Part shown: one piece after another, positions 19,591 through 28,566 of the stretch
How the letters are laid out: each line of letters begins with the position of its first letter
Numbering within the stretch: the first letter of the stretch is position 1
Source: Lachnospiraceae bacterium
GTDB lineage: Bacteria; Bacillota; Clostridia; Lachnospirales; Lachnospiraceae
Assembly: GCA_018056425.1 (NCBI GenBank)
Contig: JAGPFR010000007.1
Span: 2,907 to 66,906 of the forward strand
Length of the DNA stretch: 64,000 nucleotides
Direction: 5' to 3'
Notes under the pieces: generated by a model
Told to the model about the DNA's origin: nothing
Databases searched by the model: none
What the model saw: only the letters and a program-made list of their open reading frames with translations
Translations under genes and position numbers: made by a program

Positions 19591-20886
19591 TTAAAGAGCC
19601 TTTACGGCTTCAAAGCCCTGTTCCAAATCCCAGATGATGTCATCTATATGCTCGGTACCGATGGAAAGACGGATGGTAGCCTGGCTGATACCTGCTTCTG
19701 CAAGCTGCTCGGGAGTCATCTCCGCATGAGTGGTGTCATAGGGATGGATAACAAGGCTCTTAACATCCGCAACGTTTGCAAGAAGTGAGAATACCTTGAG
19801 TCCGTCTATGAATGCGTATGCTTCCTTCTGTCCTCCCTTGATATCGAAGGTAAAAATAGAACCTCCGCCGTTAGGGAAATATCTCTCATAAAGATCATGC
19901 TGAGGATGATCCTTAAGTGAAGGATGGCTTACCTTCTCTACAAGAGGATGATTTGCAAGGAACTCAACAACCTTAAGAGTATTCTCTACATGACGCTCAA
20001 GTCTGAGTGAAAGGGTCTCAAGTCCCTGAATGAGTGCCCAGGCATTGAAAGGAGAAATAGCTGCTCCGGTATCTCTGAGAAGGATTGCTCTGATGTAGGT
20101 TACATATGCCGCAGGTCCTACAGCGCCTACGAAGGATACTCCGTGATAGCTTGCATTGGGCTCGGTGAATCTGGGGAACTTTCCGCTTGCTGCCCAGTCA
20201 AACTTTCCGCCGTCTACGATGATACCGCCAAGGGTGGTTCCGTGTCCGCCGATGAACTTGGTTGCGGAGTGAACTACGATGTCAGCACCGTGCTCAAGAG
20301 GACGGATGAGATAGGGAGTTCCGAAAGTATTATCTATAATAAGAGGAATCTTATGGGAGTGTGCGATCTCTGCAATCTTCTCGATATCGGGAATATCCGA
20401 TCCGGGATTTCCGAGGGTTTCGATGAAGATTGCCTTGGTCTTCTCATCAACAGCGGCGGCAACTGCTGCATGATCATGGATATCAACGAACCTGGTATCA
20501 ATGCCGTAGGTAGGAAGCGTATTATCAAGGAGGTTGTAGCTGCCGCCGTATATGCTGTTCTGGGCTACGATATTATCGCCTGCGCCTGCGACTGCGAGGA
20601 TTGAATATGTTACTGCGGCTGCACCTGATGCAAGAGCAAGTGCTGCGACTCCGCCCTCAAGAGCTGCTACTCTTTCTTCGAGAACGCCCTGAGTTGAGTT
20701 GGTGAGTCTTCCGTAGATGTTACCTGCATCTCTTAAATTGAATCTGTCAGCTGCATGCTGAGCTGAATGGAATACATAGGAGGTAGTCTGGTAAATGGGA
20801 ACCGCTCTGGAATCGGTTACAGGATCTGCCTGCTCCTGTCCTACATGAAGCTGCTTTGTCTCAAATTTGAATTCGTGATCTGACAT
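19591..20886 (-). CDS. metY: O-acetylhomoserine/O-acetylserine sulfhydrylase
   Basis: PIYQTTSY, YGRLTN, HSATKFIGGHG (PLP Lys), LANVADVKSL. Confidence 0.95.
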   Translation of the reverse strand: MSDHEFKFETKQLHVGQEQADPVTDSRAVPIYQTTSYVFHSAQHAADRFNLRDAGNIYGRLTNSTQGVLEERVAALEGGVAALALASGAAAVTYSILAVAGAGDNIVAQNSIYGGSYNLLDNTLPTYGIDTRFVDIHDHAAVAAAVDEKTKAIFIETLGNPGSDIPDIEKIAEIAHSHKIPLIIDNTFGTPYLIRPLEHGADIVVHSATKFIGGHGTTLGGIIVDGGKFDWAASGKFPRFTEPNASYHGVSFVGAVGPAAYVTYIRAILLRDTGAAISPFNAWALIQGLETLSLRLERHVENTLKVVEFLANHPLVEKVSHPSLKDHPQHDLYERYFPNGGGSIFTFDIKGGQKEAYAFIDGLKVFSLLANVADVKSLVIHPYDTTHAEMTPEQLAEAGISQATIRLSIGTEHIDDIIWDLEQGFEAVKAL

Positions 20887-21012
20887 AATGTGTACCTCCT
20901 GAATCTCTTTAATCTATCTTCCTCAAAGCCCTGAGGAAATGTTGTTTTGTTTGATGATGTTAAGATACACCTTTTTAAAAAGCCTGTATAATTCTTAAAA
21001 GCAAGAACGGGT

Positions 21013-21029
21013 TATAGCCTGAGACTATA
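21013..21029 (-). promoter_or_regulatory. LysR-type (MtaR/MetR-like) dyad box upstream of metY
   Basis: TATAG-N7-CTATA, centred 59 nt upstream of the 3' end of a TATCTT -10 (20962-20967); -35-like TATACA at 17 bp spacing. Confidence 0.6.
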
Positions 21030-21113
21030 ACCCGCTTTGATGTCAATATCCGTAATTTGCTTCTGTCACTATATCCCATATTAATATAAAATGAGAAGGG
21101 AATATATCCCTTC

Positions 21114-21782
21114 TCATCTCTTTCTTTTATCAAGTTTTTTGGACAATCTCATTCCAATGACCTGGAACAGCTGTACAAGAAGGATCAGGATGATTACCGA
21201 AGGCCACAGGATCTGAGGCTGGAATCTGTTATAGCCGTATCTGATCGCTATGCTTCCGAGTCCTCCTCCGCCTACGGCACCCGCCATTGCGGAATAACCG
21301 AGAATAGTTCCGAATGCGATCGTAGCTCCGACTAAAAGCGAAGTTCTTGCTTCCGCTATTAAAACCTTAAAGATTATTGTTCCGTTACCCGCTCCGAGAC
21401 TCTGCGCAGCTTCTATCGTGCCTTTATCAACTTCCTTCAGAGAACTTTCAACCATTCTTCCAATGAAAGGAGCTGCGGCAAAAACCAGAGGAACGATCGT
21501 TGCTCCTATTCCGTAGCTCTTTCCGACGATAGCTCTTGTGATGGGGATCAGAACGACCAGAAGGATTATAAACGGAAAGCTTCTGAGTACATTTGTCACA
21601 AGATCAAGCGTCTTATAGATGATCGGGTTCGGTTTAATTCCTTCTCTGTCGGTTACAGCAAGTATTATTCCGAGAGGTAGTCCTAGAACATATCCGAAAA
21701 AAGTTGAAAAACCTACAATAATAAGAGTATCTCTGAGCCCCTCAATTATCATCAGTATTTCCTGCTGTGATAACACTTGCAT
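21114..21782 (-). CDS. metI: Methionine ABC transporter permease
   Basis: LRSFPFIILL, EAAQSLGA, GAVGGGGLG, RYGYNRF. Confidence 0.95.
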   Translation of the reverse strand: MQVLSQQEILMIIEGLRDTLIIVGFSTFFGYVLGLPLGIILAVTDREGIKPNPIIYKTLDLVTNVLRSFPFIILLVVLIPITRAIVGKSYGIGATIVPLVFAAAPFIGRMVESSLKEVDKGTIEAAQSLGAGNGTIIFKVLIAEARTSLLVGATIAFGTILGYSAMAGAVGGGGLGSIAIRYGYNRFQPQILWPSVIILILLVQLFQVIGMRLSKKLDKRKR

Positions 21783-22776
21783 TCACCTCCTCCGGATTCA
21801 AACCTTTTTCTTCGAAGTATTTGATTATATGATCTGCCTTCTCATTATCGGACGGAAGCTGTAAGAGCATTTCACCTTCCGCGTTTCCGTTAACGGTACT
21901 TGTATTTGCATATAATATATTGATCGGAGTCTTCGTCTCCAGAATTATATTTCCGAGAGTGGGCTCATAAGCGCTCACACCGTGAAAACTGACTCTTACG
22001 ACTCTTTCAGAGGTCATCTCAAGGATGTGCTCACTGCCGCTGAAAACAAGTTTCTTGGCTTCCACGGTTTTAGGTGCTCTGAACAATTCTTCAGTAGGTC
22101 CGCTCTCAACGAGTTTACCGTGTTCAAGAACGGCAACGTGTTTACAGATTTCCTGTATCACACTCATCTCATGAGTGATAACAACTATCGTGATGCCATA
22201 CTTTTCATTGATCTCTTTTAACAATGAAAGAATGGATTTGGTAGTCTGCGGATCGAGCGCACTTGTTGCTTCATCGCAAAGAAGGATCTCCGGCTTTGAA
22301 GCAAGTACTCTTGCTATTGCTACACGCTGCTTTTGTCCGCCTGACAGCTGCGCCGGATACGCGGATGCTTTCTCCGATAATCCTACCGCATCGAGATACT
22401 CGGCAGCTTTCCTGCGTGCTTCCTTTTTGGACTTACCTGCTATTTCCAATGGAAAAGCGACATTGTCCAGTACGCTTCTTTGCATCAGCAGATTGAAATG
22501 CTGAAATATCATTCCAATCTTTCTGCGCTCGCTTCTGAGCTGTTTGTCGCTTAACTTAGTCAGTTCTTTTCCATTTACGATCACCTGCCCGGAAGTTGGT
22601 CTTTCGAGCAGGTTCATACACCTGACAAGAGTGGATTTACCGGCTCCCGAAAGACCTATGATACCGTAAATGTCATTTTTCTCTATCTCAAGGCTCACAT
22701 CACGGAGAGCCTCCACCTCTCCTTTATCGGAGACAAATGATTTATGCAATTGTTTGATCTCAATAATGTTACTCAT
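21742..22776 (-). CDS. metN: Methionine ABC transporter ATPase
   Basis: GLSGAGKS, LSGGQKQRV, LLCDEATSALDP, C-terminal NIL domain. Confidence 0.95.
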   Translation of the reverse strand: MSNIIEIKQLHKSFVSDKGEVEALRDVSLEIEKNDIYGIIGLSGAGKSTLVRCMNLLERPTSGQVIVNGKELTKLSDKQLRSERRKIGMIFQHFNLLMQRSVLDNVAFPLEIAGKSKKEARRKAAEYLDAVGLSEKASAYPAQLSGGQKQRVAIARVLASKPEILLCDEATSALDPQTTKSILSLLKEINEKYGITIVVITHEMSVIQEICKHVAVLEHGKLVESGPTEELFRAPKTVEAKKLVFSGSEHILEMTSERVVRVSFHGVSAYEPTLGNIILETKTPINILYANTSTVNGNAEGEMLLQLPSDNEKADHIIKYFEEKGLNPEEVNASVITAGNTDDN

Positions 22777-22810
22777 TTTATCTCCTCAAAAGGATCGGTC
22801 AGTGTACATA

Positions 22811-23734
22811 TCAGTTAAAAGGAACTACTGCTCCGTCATAGGCGTTGTTAATGAACTCGGTGATAGCATCGGACTTAAGAACCTCTACGAGAGCAACGAT
22901 TCCTTCATCATTCTCATGTCCTTCCTTAACAGCGATAACATTTACATAGGTCTGTGCGGCGGTTGAATCATTTGACTCATAAGCAAGTGCATCCTTACCT
23001 ACGGAAAGTCCTGCTTCAAGTGCATAGTTACCGTTAAGGATTACGAATGCCGCATCGGGAATAGCATCCTTAACGCTCTCTGCTGCAAGCTCGATGATCT
23101 TAACCTGTACATTGTAAGTCTCGATATCGTTAACGGTTGCGGTAAGGCCTGCGCCTTCCTTAAGGGTGATGATTCCGTTGTCCTGAAGGAGAAGAAGTGC
23201 TCTTGCTTCATTGGTGGTATCATTGGGGATCGCAATTTCATCACCGTCTGCAATGTCATCAAGGCTGCTCTTGGTTCCTGCATAGATTCCGAAAGGCTCG
23301 TAGTGAATTCCGCCTGCGTTTACAAGATGTGTTCCCTGCTCCTCATTGAAAGAGTTGAGATAAGGAATATGCTGGAAGTAGTTTGCATCAAACTCTTCTG
23401 ATTCAACTACATTGTTGGGCTGTACATAATCATCAAATACAGTTACCTGAAGATCCCATCCCTGCTCTGCAAGGATCTTAGCTGCTTCTGCAAGGATCTC
23501 GGAATGAGGGGTCTGGCTTGCTGCTACGGTAATGGTTCCCTTAACCTCTACTTCAGCATCCGCTGATGTATTATCTTCTGCGGAAGTGTTGTCAGCCTCC
23601 TGAACGGGAGCCTCTGCTGAGGGAGCGGGAGCATTTCCTCCCTGTGCACTATTTCCGCATCCTGCAAGAAGGCTTCCTGAAAGAGCGGTTGCTGCTGCTA
23701 AACTGATGATTCTTCCGATCAAATTCTTTTTCAT
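22811..23734 (-). CDS. metQ: Methionine ABC transporter lipoprotein (MetQ/NlpA)
   Basis: Lipobox LLAGC, DANYFQHIPYL, IPNDTTNEARAL, ILNGNYA. Confidence 0.95.
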   Translation of the reverse strand: MKKNLIGRIISLAAATALSGSLLAGCGNSAQGGNAPAPSAEAPVQEADNTSAEDNTSADAEVEVKGTITVAASQTPHSEILAEAAKILAEQGWDLQVTVFDDYVQPNNVVESEEFDANYFQHIPYLNSFNEEQGTHLVNAGGIHYEPFGIYAGTKSSLDDIADGDEIAIPNDTTNEARALLLLQDNGIITLKEGAGLTATVNDIETYNVQVKIIELAAESVKDAIPDAAFVILNGNYALEAGLSVGKDALAYESNDSTAAQTYVNVIAVKEGHENDEGIVALVEVLKSDAITEFINNAYDGAVVPFN

Positions 23735-23843
23735 AATATTTATCCTCCATGTGATCATTTTCTCTGTAACAATCATGATTTGTTATGAACCGATTATCAC
23801 TCAGTATCCATCCCGTGTAAAATATTCATAATTTATTATCAGT

Positions 23844-23860
23844 TATAGTTTTGATTTATA
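23844..23860 (-). promoter_or_regulatory. LysR-type dyad box upstream of metQ
   Basis: TATAG-N7-TTATA, centred 59 nt upstream of the 3' end of a GATAAT -10 (23793-23798); -35 TTTACA at 17 bp spacing. Confidence 0.55.
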
Positions 23861-23875
23861 ATGCTGATCTCCACC

Positions 23876-23905
23876 AAAAAAGGACCGTGCAGGGTGCACA
23901 GTCCT
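23876..23905 (-). terminator. Intrinsic terminator after the Cof hydrolase
   Basis: AGGACTGTGCA/TGCACGGTCCT stem followed by TTTTT. Confidence 0.8.
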
Positions 23906-23937
23906 CTTTCATATATGAAATCCTCCCGGGAAATCAT

Positions 23938-24747
23938 TTAAATATTTGCTTTTAATACTGCTTCCAATCCGTCGTGGTCGTTATCAAACTCAGTGATCAA
24001 ATCCGCAGCTTTCTTTGCTGCATCAACTGCATTTAACATCGCAACCCCTAGTCCGGCAGCTTCGATCATTGATATATCATTCTGCTCATCACCTGCAGCA
24101 ATGGTATTTTCAATCGGGATATTTAAATGCTCCGCAAGCCTTACTACCGCAGATCCCTTACCCGCTTCCTTCATGAATATCTCAAGGTAATTCGGATTGG
24201 AGTAAACGGTCGTTACCGTATCGGAATATTTCTCCATTATTGCCAGTCTGAACTTCTCGAGTTTTTCAAGATCATGAAGCTCTATCGCTATAACTTTACA
24301 CGGATCTTCCGGAAGTGCGGCTACTATATCATCAGTTACTACAACCGGTCTTTTGATAACCCTGTTGTAATACTGCATCTCCTCCCCGTTTTCCGGAGAG
24401 ACAAGTGAATCGGAAGTATATGTATGTACATGTATTCCGTATTCGGCAGCGGTTTCAAATATTCCGGGAATGAGTTTAAGCGGGACTCCTATCCTGAATA
24501 TATCCTTACCCGCATCAACATCATAGATCTCCGCACCGTTATAACAGATAAAATACATCCCTTTGTAATTTAAACCCAGCTCTTTGCTGACAGGAATTAC
24601 ATTATTCAGTCCCCGTCCGGTGCATATCGCGAAATGATTTCCTGCTGCAGCAAATTCATCAAGCGCCTTTTTTGTTTTCTCTGAAATCTTCTTATCTCTT
24701 GTAAGAAGCGTTCCGTCCATATCGGAAAAAAATATCTTTTTACTCAT
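23938..24747 (-). CDS. Cof-type HAD-IIB hydrolase
   Basis: FSDMDGTLL, CTGR, KGSA, AGDEQNDISM. Confidence 0.93.
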   Translation of the reverse strand: MSKKIFFSDMDGTLLTRDKKISEKTKKALDEFAAAGNHFAICTGRGLNNVIPVSKELGLNYKGMYFICYNGAEIYDVDAGKDIFRIGVPLKLIPGIFETAAEYGIHVHTYTSDSLVSPENGEEMQYYNRVIKRPVVVTDDIVAALPEDPCKVIAIELHDLEKLEKFRLAIMEKYSDTVTTVYSNPNYLEIFMKEAGKGSAVVRLAEHLNIPIENTIAAGDEQNDISMIEAAGLGVAMLNAVDAAKKAADLITEFDNDHDGLEAVLKANI

Positions 24748-24782
24748 AACTGATATTTTACCAAGGATGCGGACAGTGTCAA

Positions 24783-24824
24783 TAAAAAACGGTGCCCACG
24801 CACAGGGGTTAAGCGCAGGCACCG
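24783..24824 (-). terminator. Intrinsic terminator after the serpin
   Basis: CGGTGCC.../...GGCACCG stem followed by TTTTTT. Confidence 0.7.
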
Positions 24825-24837
24825 CAGGGCTTAGCAA

Positions 24838-26148
24838 TTAAAGCTGATTGATCGTTCCGAGAAATACGGGAAGTCCGGTTGCATTGTCAACGATCCCGTA
24901 TACGAACGGACGATCAAGATATACCGTTACAGGAGGCTCTGTTATTGCCGCACAGCCATCCAATGTCTCAATGGCTGTTACAGCTGCCGCTCTGGTTCCT
25001 TCTCTGTTTACATCAATGAAAGTCTTGTGAAGAACTCTTCCAATGTAAGCATTGTATTCAGGATCATCAACTGCGCTAACCATTCCGCTGAGGTCTGCGA
25101 GATTGGGATCATATGCATCTTCCATTCCCATTTCCTGAAGAATACTGCTCATCTCTATAAAGTAATCACTTGTAAACTCAGGAATTCTGACATTTACGTT
25201 CTCAAATGCGTATTCGGGATTCTTGACCGCATCCGCAAACTGATCACCGTTTTCGGCAAGCTTAGCAAGGAATTCTTCAACAGATGTTCCCTCTTCGGGA
25301 AGGATACCTACGAATGAGTACTCACCGCCTTTGTAAGGACGAATAAATCCTGTTCCGCCCGCAATGTTGAAGTATTCACTCTCCAGGCTGTAAAGCATGG
25401 TTACCTCAGTAGTTGAACCATCATAGTTAGTAAATATAGAGCCGTCGTATATGTCAGACTTTTCATACTCAGCCATCCACTCACCTTCAAATGCCATGGC
25501 ATTGATCAGGTACATACGTGCATCTTCGGGAATCTGATCCAGGATACCGGGAATCATTCCATAAGTCTGATCGTTTACCCAGCCGTTGATATCATTAAGA
25601 GTGGTATCATCAAAAGGCGCCATCCAGATATCAGCACCGTAATAGTTCTTTACGGCAGTTGCAAAATCAGGGACAACCTCAACCTTTCCATCTTCCTTAA
25701 ACCAGATTGAATTTGCCACATTCCACTTAACATCACCTGCTTCGTTGAAACGCTGAGCCATGGAATACATGATGGGGTTCATCTCGGAAACAGGGATGGA
25801 TCCGAATGTGTTCTCTATCTGAGAAAGTGTTTCACCTTTTGCTCCGTTTTCGAGCATTCCGAATGCCATCATCATTGAGGTGGGGGAAATAAGGACATTT
25901 GATCCGGCACCTTCTCTTGCAGCGACACGCTGAAGAAGCTCCAGAGACGCTGCCGAGACAGATCCTATCTGTCCAATGTTCATATCACCGGTCTCAACTT
26001 CTATTGCGGGGGCATCAGCGGTAACATTTCTTGCAGCTGAGCCTCTGTGAGTCTCCAAGCCACCGTTTCCTCCGCCTATTTCACCCGCCATGCCGCATCC
26101 GGCAAGCATCGACATTGCTAACATTCCTGCTACGATCTGTTTTTTCAT
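24838..26148 (-). CDS. Serpin-family lipoprotein
   Basis: Lipobox LAGC; NVLISPTS, LINAMAFEGEW, hinge EGTRAAAVTA, DRPFVYGI. Confidence 0.93.
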   Translation of the reverse strand: MKKQIVAGMLAMSMLAGCGMAGEIGGGNGGLETHRGSAARNVTADAPAIEVETGDMNIGQIGSVSAASLELLQRVAAREGAGSNVLISPTSMMMAFGMLENGAKGETLSQIENTFGSIPVSEMNPIMYSMAQRFNEAGDVKWNVANSIWFKEDGKVEVVPDFATAVKNYYGADIWMAPFDDTTLNDINGWVNDQTYGMIPGILDQIPEDARMYLINAMAFEGEWMAEYEKSDIYDGSIFTNYDGSTTEVTMLYSLESEYFNIAGGTGFIRPYKGGEYSFVGILPEEGTSVEEFLAKLAENGDQFADAVKNPEYAFENVNVRIPEFTSDYFIEMSSILQEMGMEDAYDPNLADLSGMVSAVDDPEYNAYIGRVLHKTFIDVNREGTRAAAVTAIETLDGCAAITEPPVTVYLDRPFVYGIVDNATGLPVFLGTINQL

Positions 26149-26232
26149 AATATAAATACCTTCTTTCATTGATAATTCGAGTGATCCGTCCGCTTTTTGC
26201 GGTGTTTTACTGCCCTACACCATGAAAGACGC

Positions 26233-26261
26233 AAAAAAACAGAGGCGGGTCACGCCTCTGC
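26233..26261 (-). terminator. Intrinsic terminator after PaaI
   Basis: CAGAGGCG/CGCCTCTG stem followed by T7. Confidence 0.8.
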
Positions 26262-26268
26262 AAAAAAT

Positions 26269-26667
26269 TTATAATTTAAAGCCCGTTCCGGTAAATAAAG
26301 CGATATCCCGCCCCGTTTCATCCGTAATCTTAACCTGGATGATCGTACTCGAGCGGCCGTTTTTAACAAGTTCAGCCCTTGCTTTGAGAGTTTTCCCCTT
26401 AGGTGCGGATAAATAGTTGATACTTACCTGTTGTGCGACCGTCGGTCTGTGGATATTATTGGACAAAGCGGCAAATGCCAGATCTGCAAGTGTGAACATT
26501 ACTCCGCCCATGATCCCGCCGTTTGCATTCAGATGCCTGTCATCAAGTTCCATCGAACAGAGAGAAAAATCCTCTCCCAGATCCTCCAAAACCATTCCGC
26601 TGTTATATGCAAATTTGTCGTTCTTAAAATACTCTCTTGCTTCTTCTACCGAATTAAATGTAGACAT
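26269..26667 (-). CDS. PaaI-family hotdog thioesterase
   Basis: HLNANGGIMGGVMFTLADLA, SINYL. Confidence 0.9.
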   Translation of the reverse strand: MSTFNSVEEAREYFKNDKFAYNSGMVLEDLGEDFSLCSMELDDRHLNANGGIMGGVMFTLADLAFAALSNNIHRPTVAQQVSINYLSAPKGKTLKARAELVKNGRSSTIIQVKITDETGRDIALFTGTGFKL

Positions 26668-26686
26668 GTTGTTACCTTCCGATTAC

Positions 26687-26917
26687 CTATCCCATTACCA
26701 TTTGAGATGTATTATTTATAACTGAATCCTCATAAAAGTCATCCTGATTGGAAATGAACTCCAGGATATCTGAAGTTAGCGCCTTAGGATGGTTATCCAG
26801 ATATTCGTTAACTGCATTTAATCTGGAAGGTTTATTTTTGACATATGTCAAAACTGCAGCTATAAATCCGTAATAGGAGTCTTCTATATTATTAAGTCTC
26901 ATAGTGAACTGTTCCAT
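26687..26917 (-). CDS. Hypothetical 76-aa acidic protein
   Basis: Strong RBS TAAGGAGG and a protein-like composition. Confidence 0.75.
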   Translation of the reverse strand: MEQFTMRLNNIEDSYYGFIAAVLTYVKNKPSRLNAVNEYLDNHPKALTSDILEFISNQDDFYEDSVINNTSQMVMG

Positions 26918-26928
26918 TGTCAGCCTCC

Positions 26929-27057
26929 TTAATGATTATCAACTACTTTGTTAAAAATATTGTAATCATCAAATCCATGGTTTTCGAAATAGTAAACATA
27001 CGCTATTCCATCTATTCCAAATGAAGTATGGGCAGCAATGGGAATACCTTTTGGCAT
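26929..27057 (-). CDS. Small 42-aa ORF (MPKGIPIAAHTSFGIDGIAYVYYFENHGFDDYNIFNKVVDNH), below the ORF-track cutoff
   Basis: TTAGGAGG RBS; its TAA stop is part of the next gene's TAAGGAGG RBS. Confidence 0.6.
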   Translation of the reverse strand: MPKGIPIAAHTSFGIDGIAYVYYFENHGFDDYNIFNKVVDNH

Positions 27058-27180
27058 ATATCCTCCTAAATTGTAACATAGAAGATAAAGAATTCAATAT
27101 TCTTCCTTTCAACCATAAGCAATTATATCGATTAAAGTTAGTGTATTAACGCACGATTTGTGTATGTCTCGGTTCAAAAA

Positions 27181-28155
27181 TTATTTAACATCCTGCAAGA
27201 TAAGATCAATCAATTCATCTTCTCTTTCGGCGCAATATTCATAAGGGAAGATATCTTCCATACGGCCTAGATCTCTGACATCATCATTCCTGGAGCCATA
27301 CTCCACCTTAAGAGGAGAATCAGTTTTACCTCCAAGATGAAGTACCGTAAGTTTCGCTGAAGTCTTCGTTACCAGATCGGTGAATCCGCTTCGAACCGCA
27401 ATTACATGCTTAAAGAGCGGAGCATTAATGATCAGCTCTCTTGTGCTCAATATACATTCCTTTGAACCCTTTATGATCTGGTCGTAAGACAATCCCCCGG
27501 AATTACAGTAAACTTCTATTCCTTTTTCATTAAGCTTGGCCACCAGTTTCTCCCAGAACGATTCAGGGATACCTTTATTGGTAAACGCTGCCGGAGCTAT
27601 CAAAACTGCATTTCCATACTTAGCAGGGCAAGCAACTATTCCGTTGTTGGGAGGGACGATAATACCGCCAAGTTCGGAATCATCCGGAAGATCCAATAGT
27701 CTCTTCTTCCATATATTCATAAGCGAATCGCCACGAAATCCCGGCTCTATATGCAGGAAATTATTTGGCACATTCCAATCTACATAACATGGAATATGTC
27801 CATATCTGATCCCATTTTCATAAAACTTTCTGCTGATTATGAAATAATGCCTGAGACAGATCATCTCATAATCTTCAAGCGGCATTACAGCATCAACACC
27901 TTCAAACCACTCCACAGCATCAGCCTGGCGCTTCTTTGCAGCAATCAGTAGCGTGTTAACGTTATGTGCCTTCTTATATTCTTTCGCAAGAGTTCCTATA
28001 AAAACAGTATCTCCAAGATTAGCAGGCGAAACTATCAGCTCCGCCCCCGGAGATTCTTTAAGAACATTTACGCACACTTCGTAAATGGCTTTTCCCTGGG
28101 AATATCTGTCGAAAGTTTCTTCAAGCCAGCTAAGATACTGATTATAGTCTGTCAT
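27181..28155 (-). CDS. GT9-like (GT-B) glycosyltransferase, paralogue 1
   Basis: SPANLGDTV, VLIAPAA, FWEKLV, IAVRSGFTDLV; motifs shared with 28533 and 35860. Confidence 0.6.
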   Translation of the reverse strand: MTDYNQYLSWLEETFDRYSQGKAIYEVCVNVLKESPGAELIVSPANLGDTVFIGTLAKEYKKAHNVNTLLIAAKKRQADAVEWFEGVDAVMPLEDYEMICLRHYFIISRKFYENGIRYGHIPCYVDWNVPNNFLHIEPGFRGDSLMNIWKKRLLDLPDDSELGGIIVPPNNGIVACPAKYGNAVLIAPAAFTNKGIPESFWEKLVAKLNEKGIEVYCNSGGLSYDQIIKGSKECILSTRELIINAPLFKHVIAVRSGFTDLVTKTSAKLTVLHLGGKTDSPLKVEYGSRNDDVRDLGRMEDIFPYEYCAEREDELIDLILQDVK

Positions 28156-28179
28156 CTCGTCACCTGTTAATCCAAATAT

Positions 28180-28566
28180 TTATAATTCTCTGCTAATTGA
28201 AGGAACCGAAAAAACATCACGATCCAAATTGAAAGCTATCGCCATATCAAGTCCCGAAGGCTTTCTGTCATTTACTATAATCCTTTCGCCATAAGGAATA
28301 TTAAAAATGATCTCATCATATCTGATCCCGACCTCTTTAAGATAATCCAGGGTCATATTTCTGTACTCATCAGTTCTTGAAGTAAGGATCACGATCTTAT
28401 CCTCAGCAGGAATCGCATCAATATATTCAAGAGCTCCGGGCAAAAGTGAATCCTTCCCGTCGATCTTATATCCGTTATGTTTTAAAAGTGTTCCGTCAAG
28501 ATCAAGGATCCAAGTCTTGGGAAGAGTGGACATTACCACTGTATCCTTTTCCTTATCTTCTCCCAT
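28180..28566 (-). CDS. Small HAD-superfamily phosphatase
   Basis: WILDLDGT (DxD), ILTSR, IVNDRKP. Confidence 0.8.
   Translation of the reverse strand: MGEDKEKDTVVMSTLPKTWILDLDGTLLKHNGYKIDGKDSLLPGALEYIDAIPAEDKIVILTSRTDEYRNMTLDYLKEVGIRYDEIIFNIPYGERIIVNDRKPSGLDMAIAFNLDRDVFSVPSISREL

Noticed and set aside
20887-21113. SAM (S-box) riboswitch upstream of metY (also checked upstream of metQ)
   Set aside because: No ATC...GAT P1 or other SAM-I core, and the leaders are too short.
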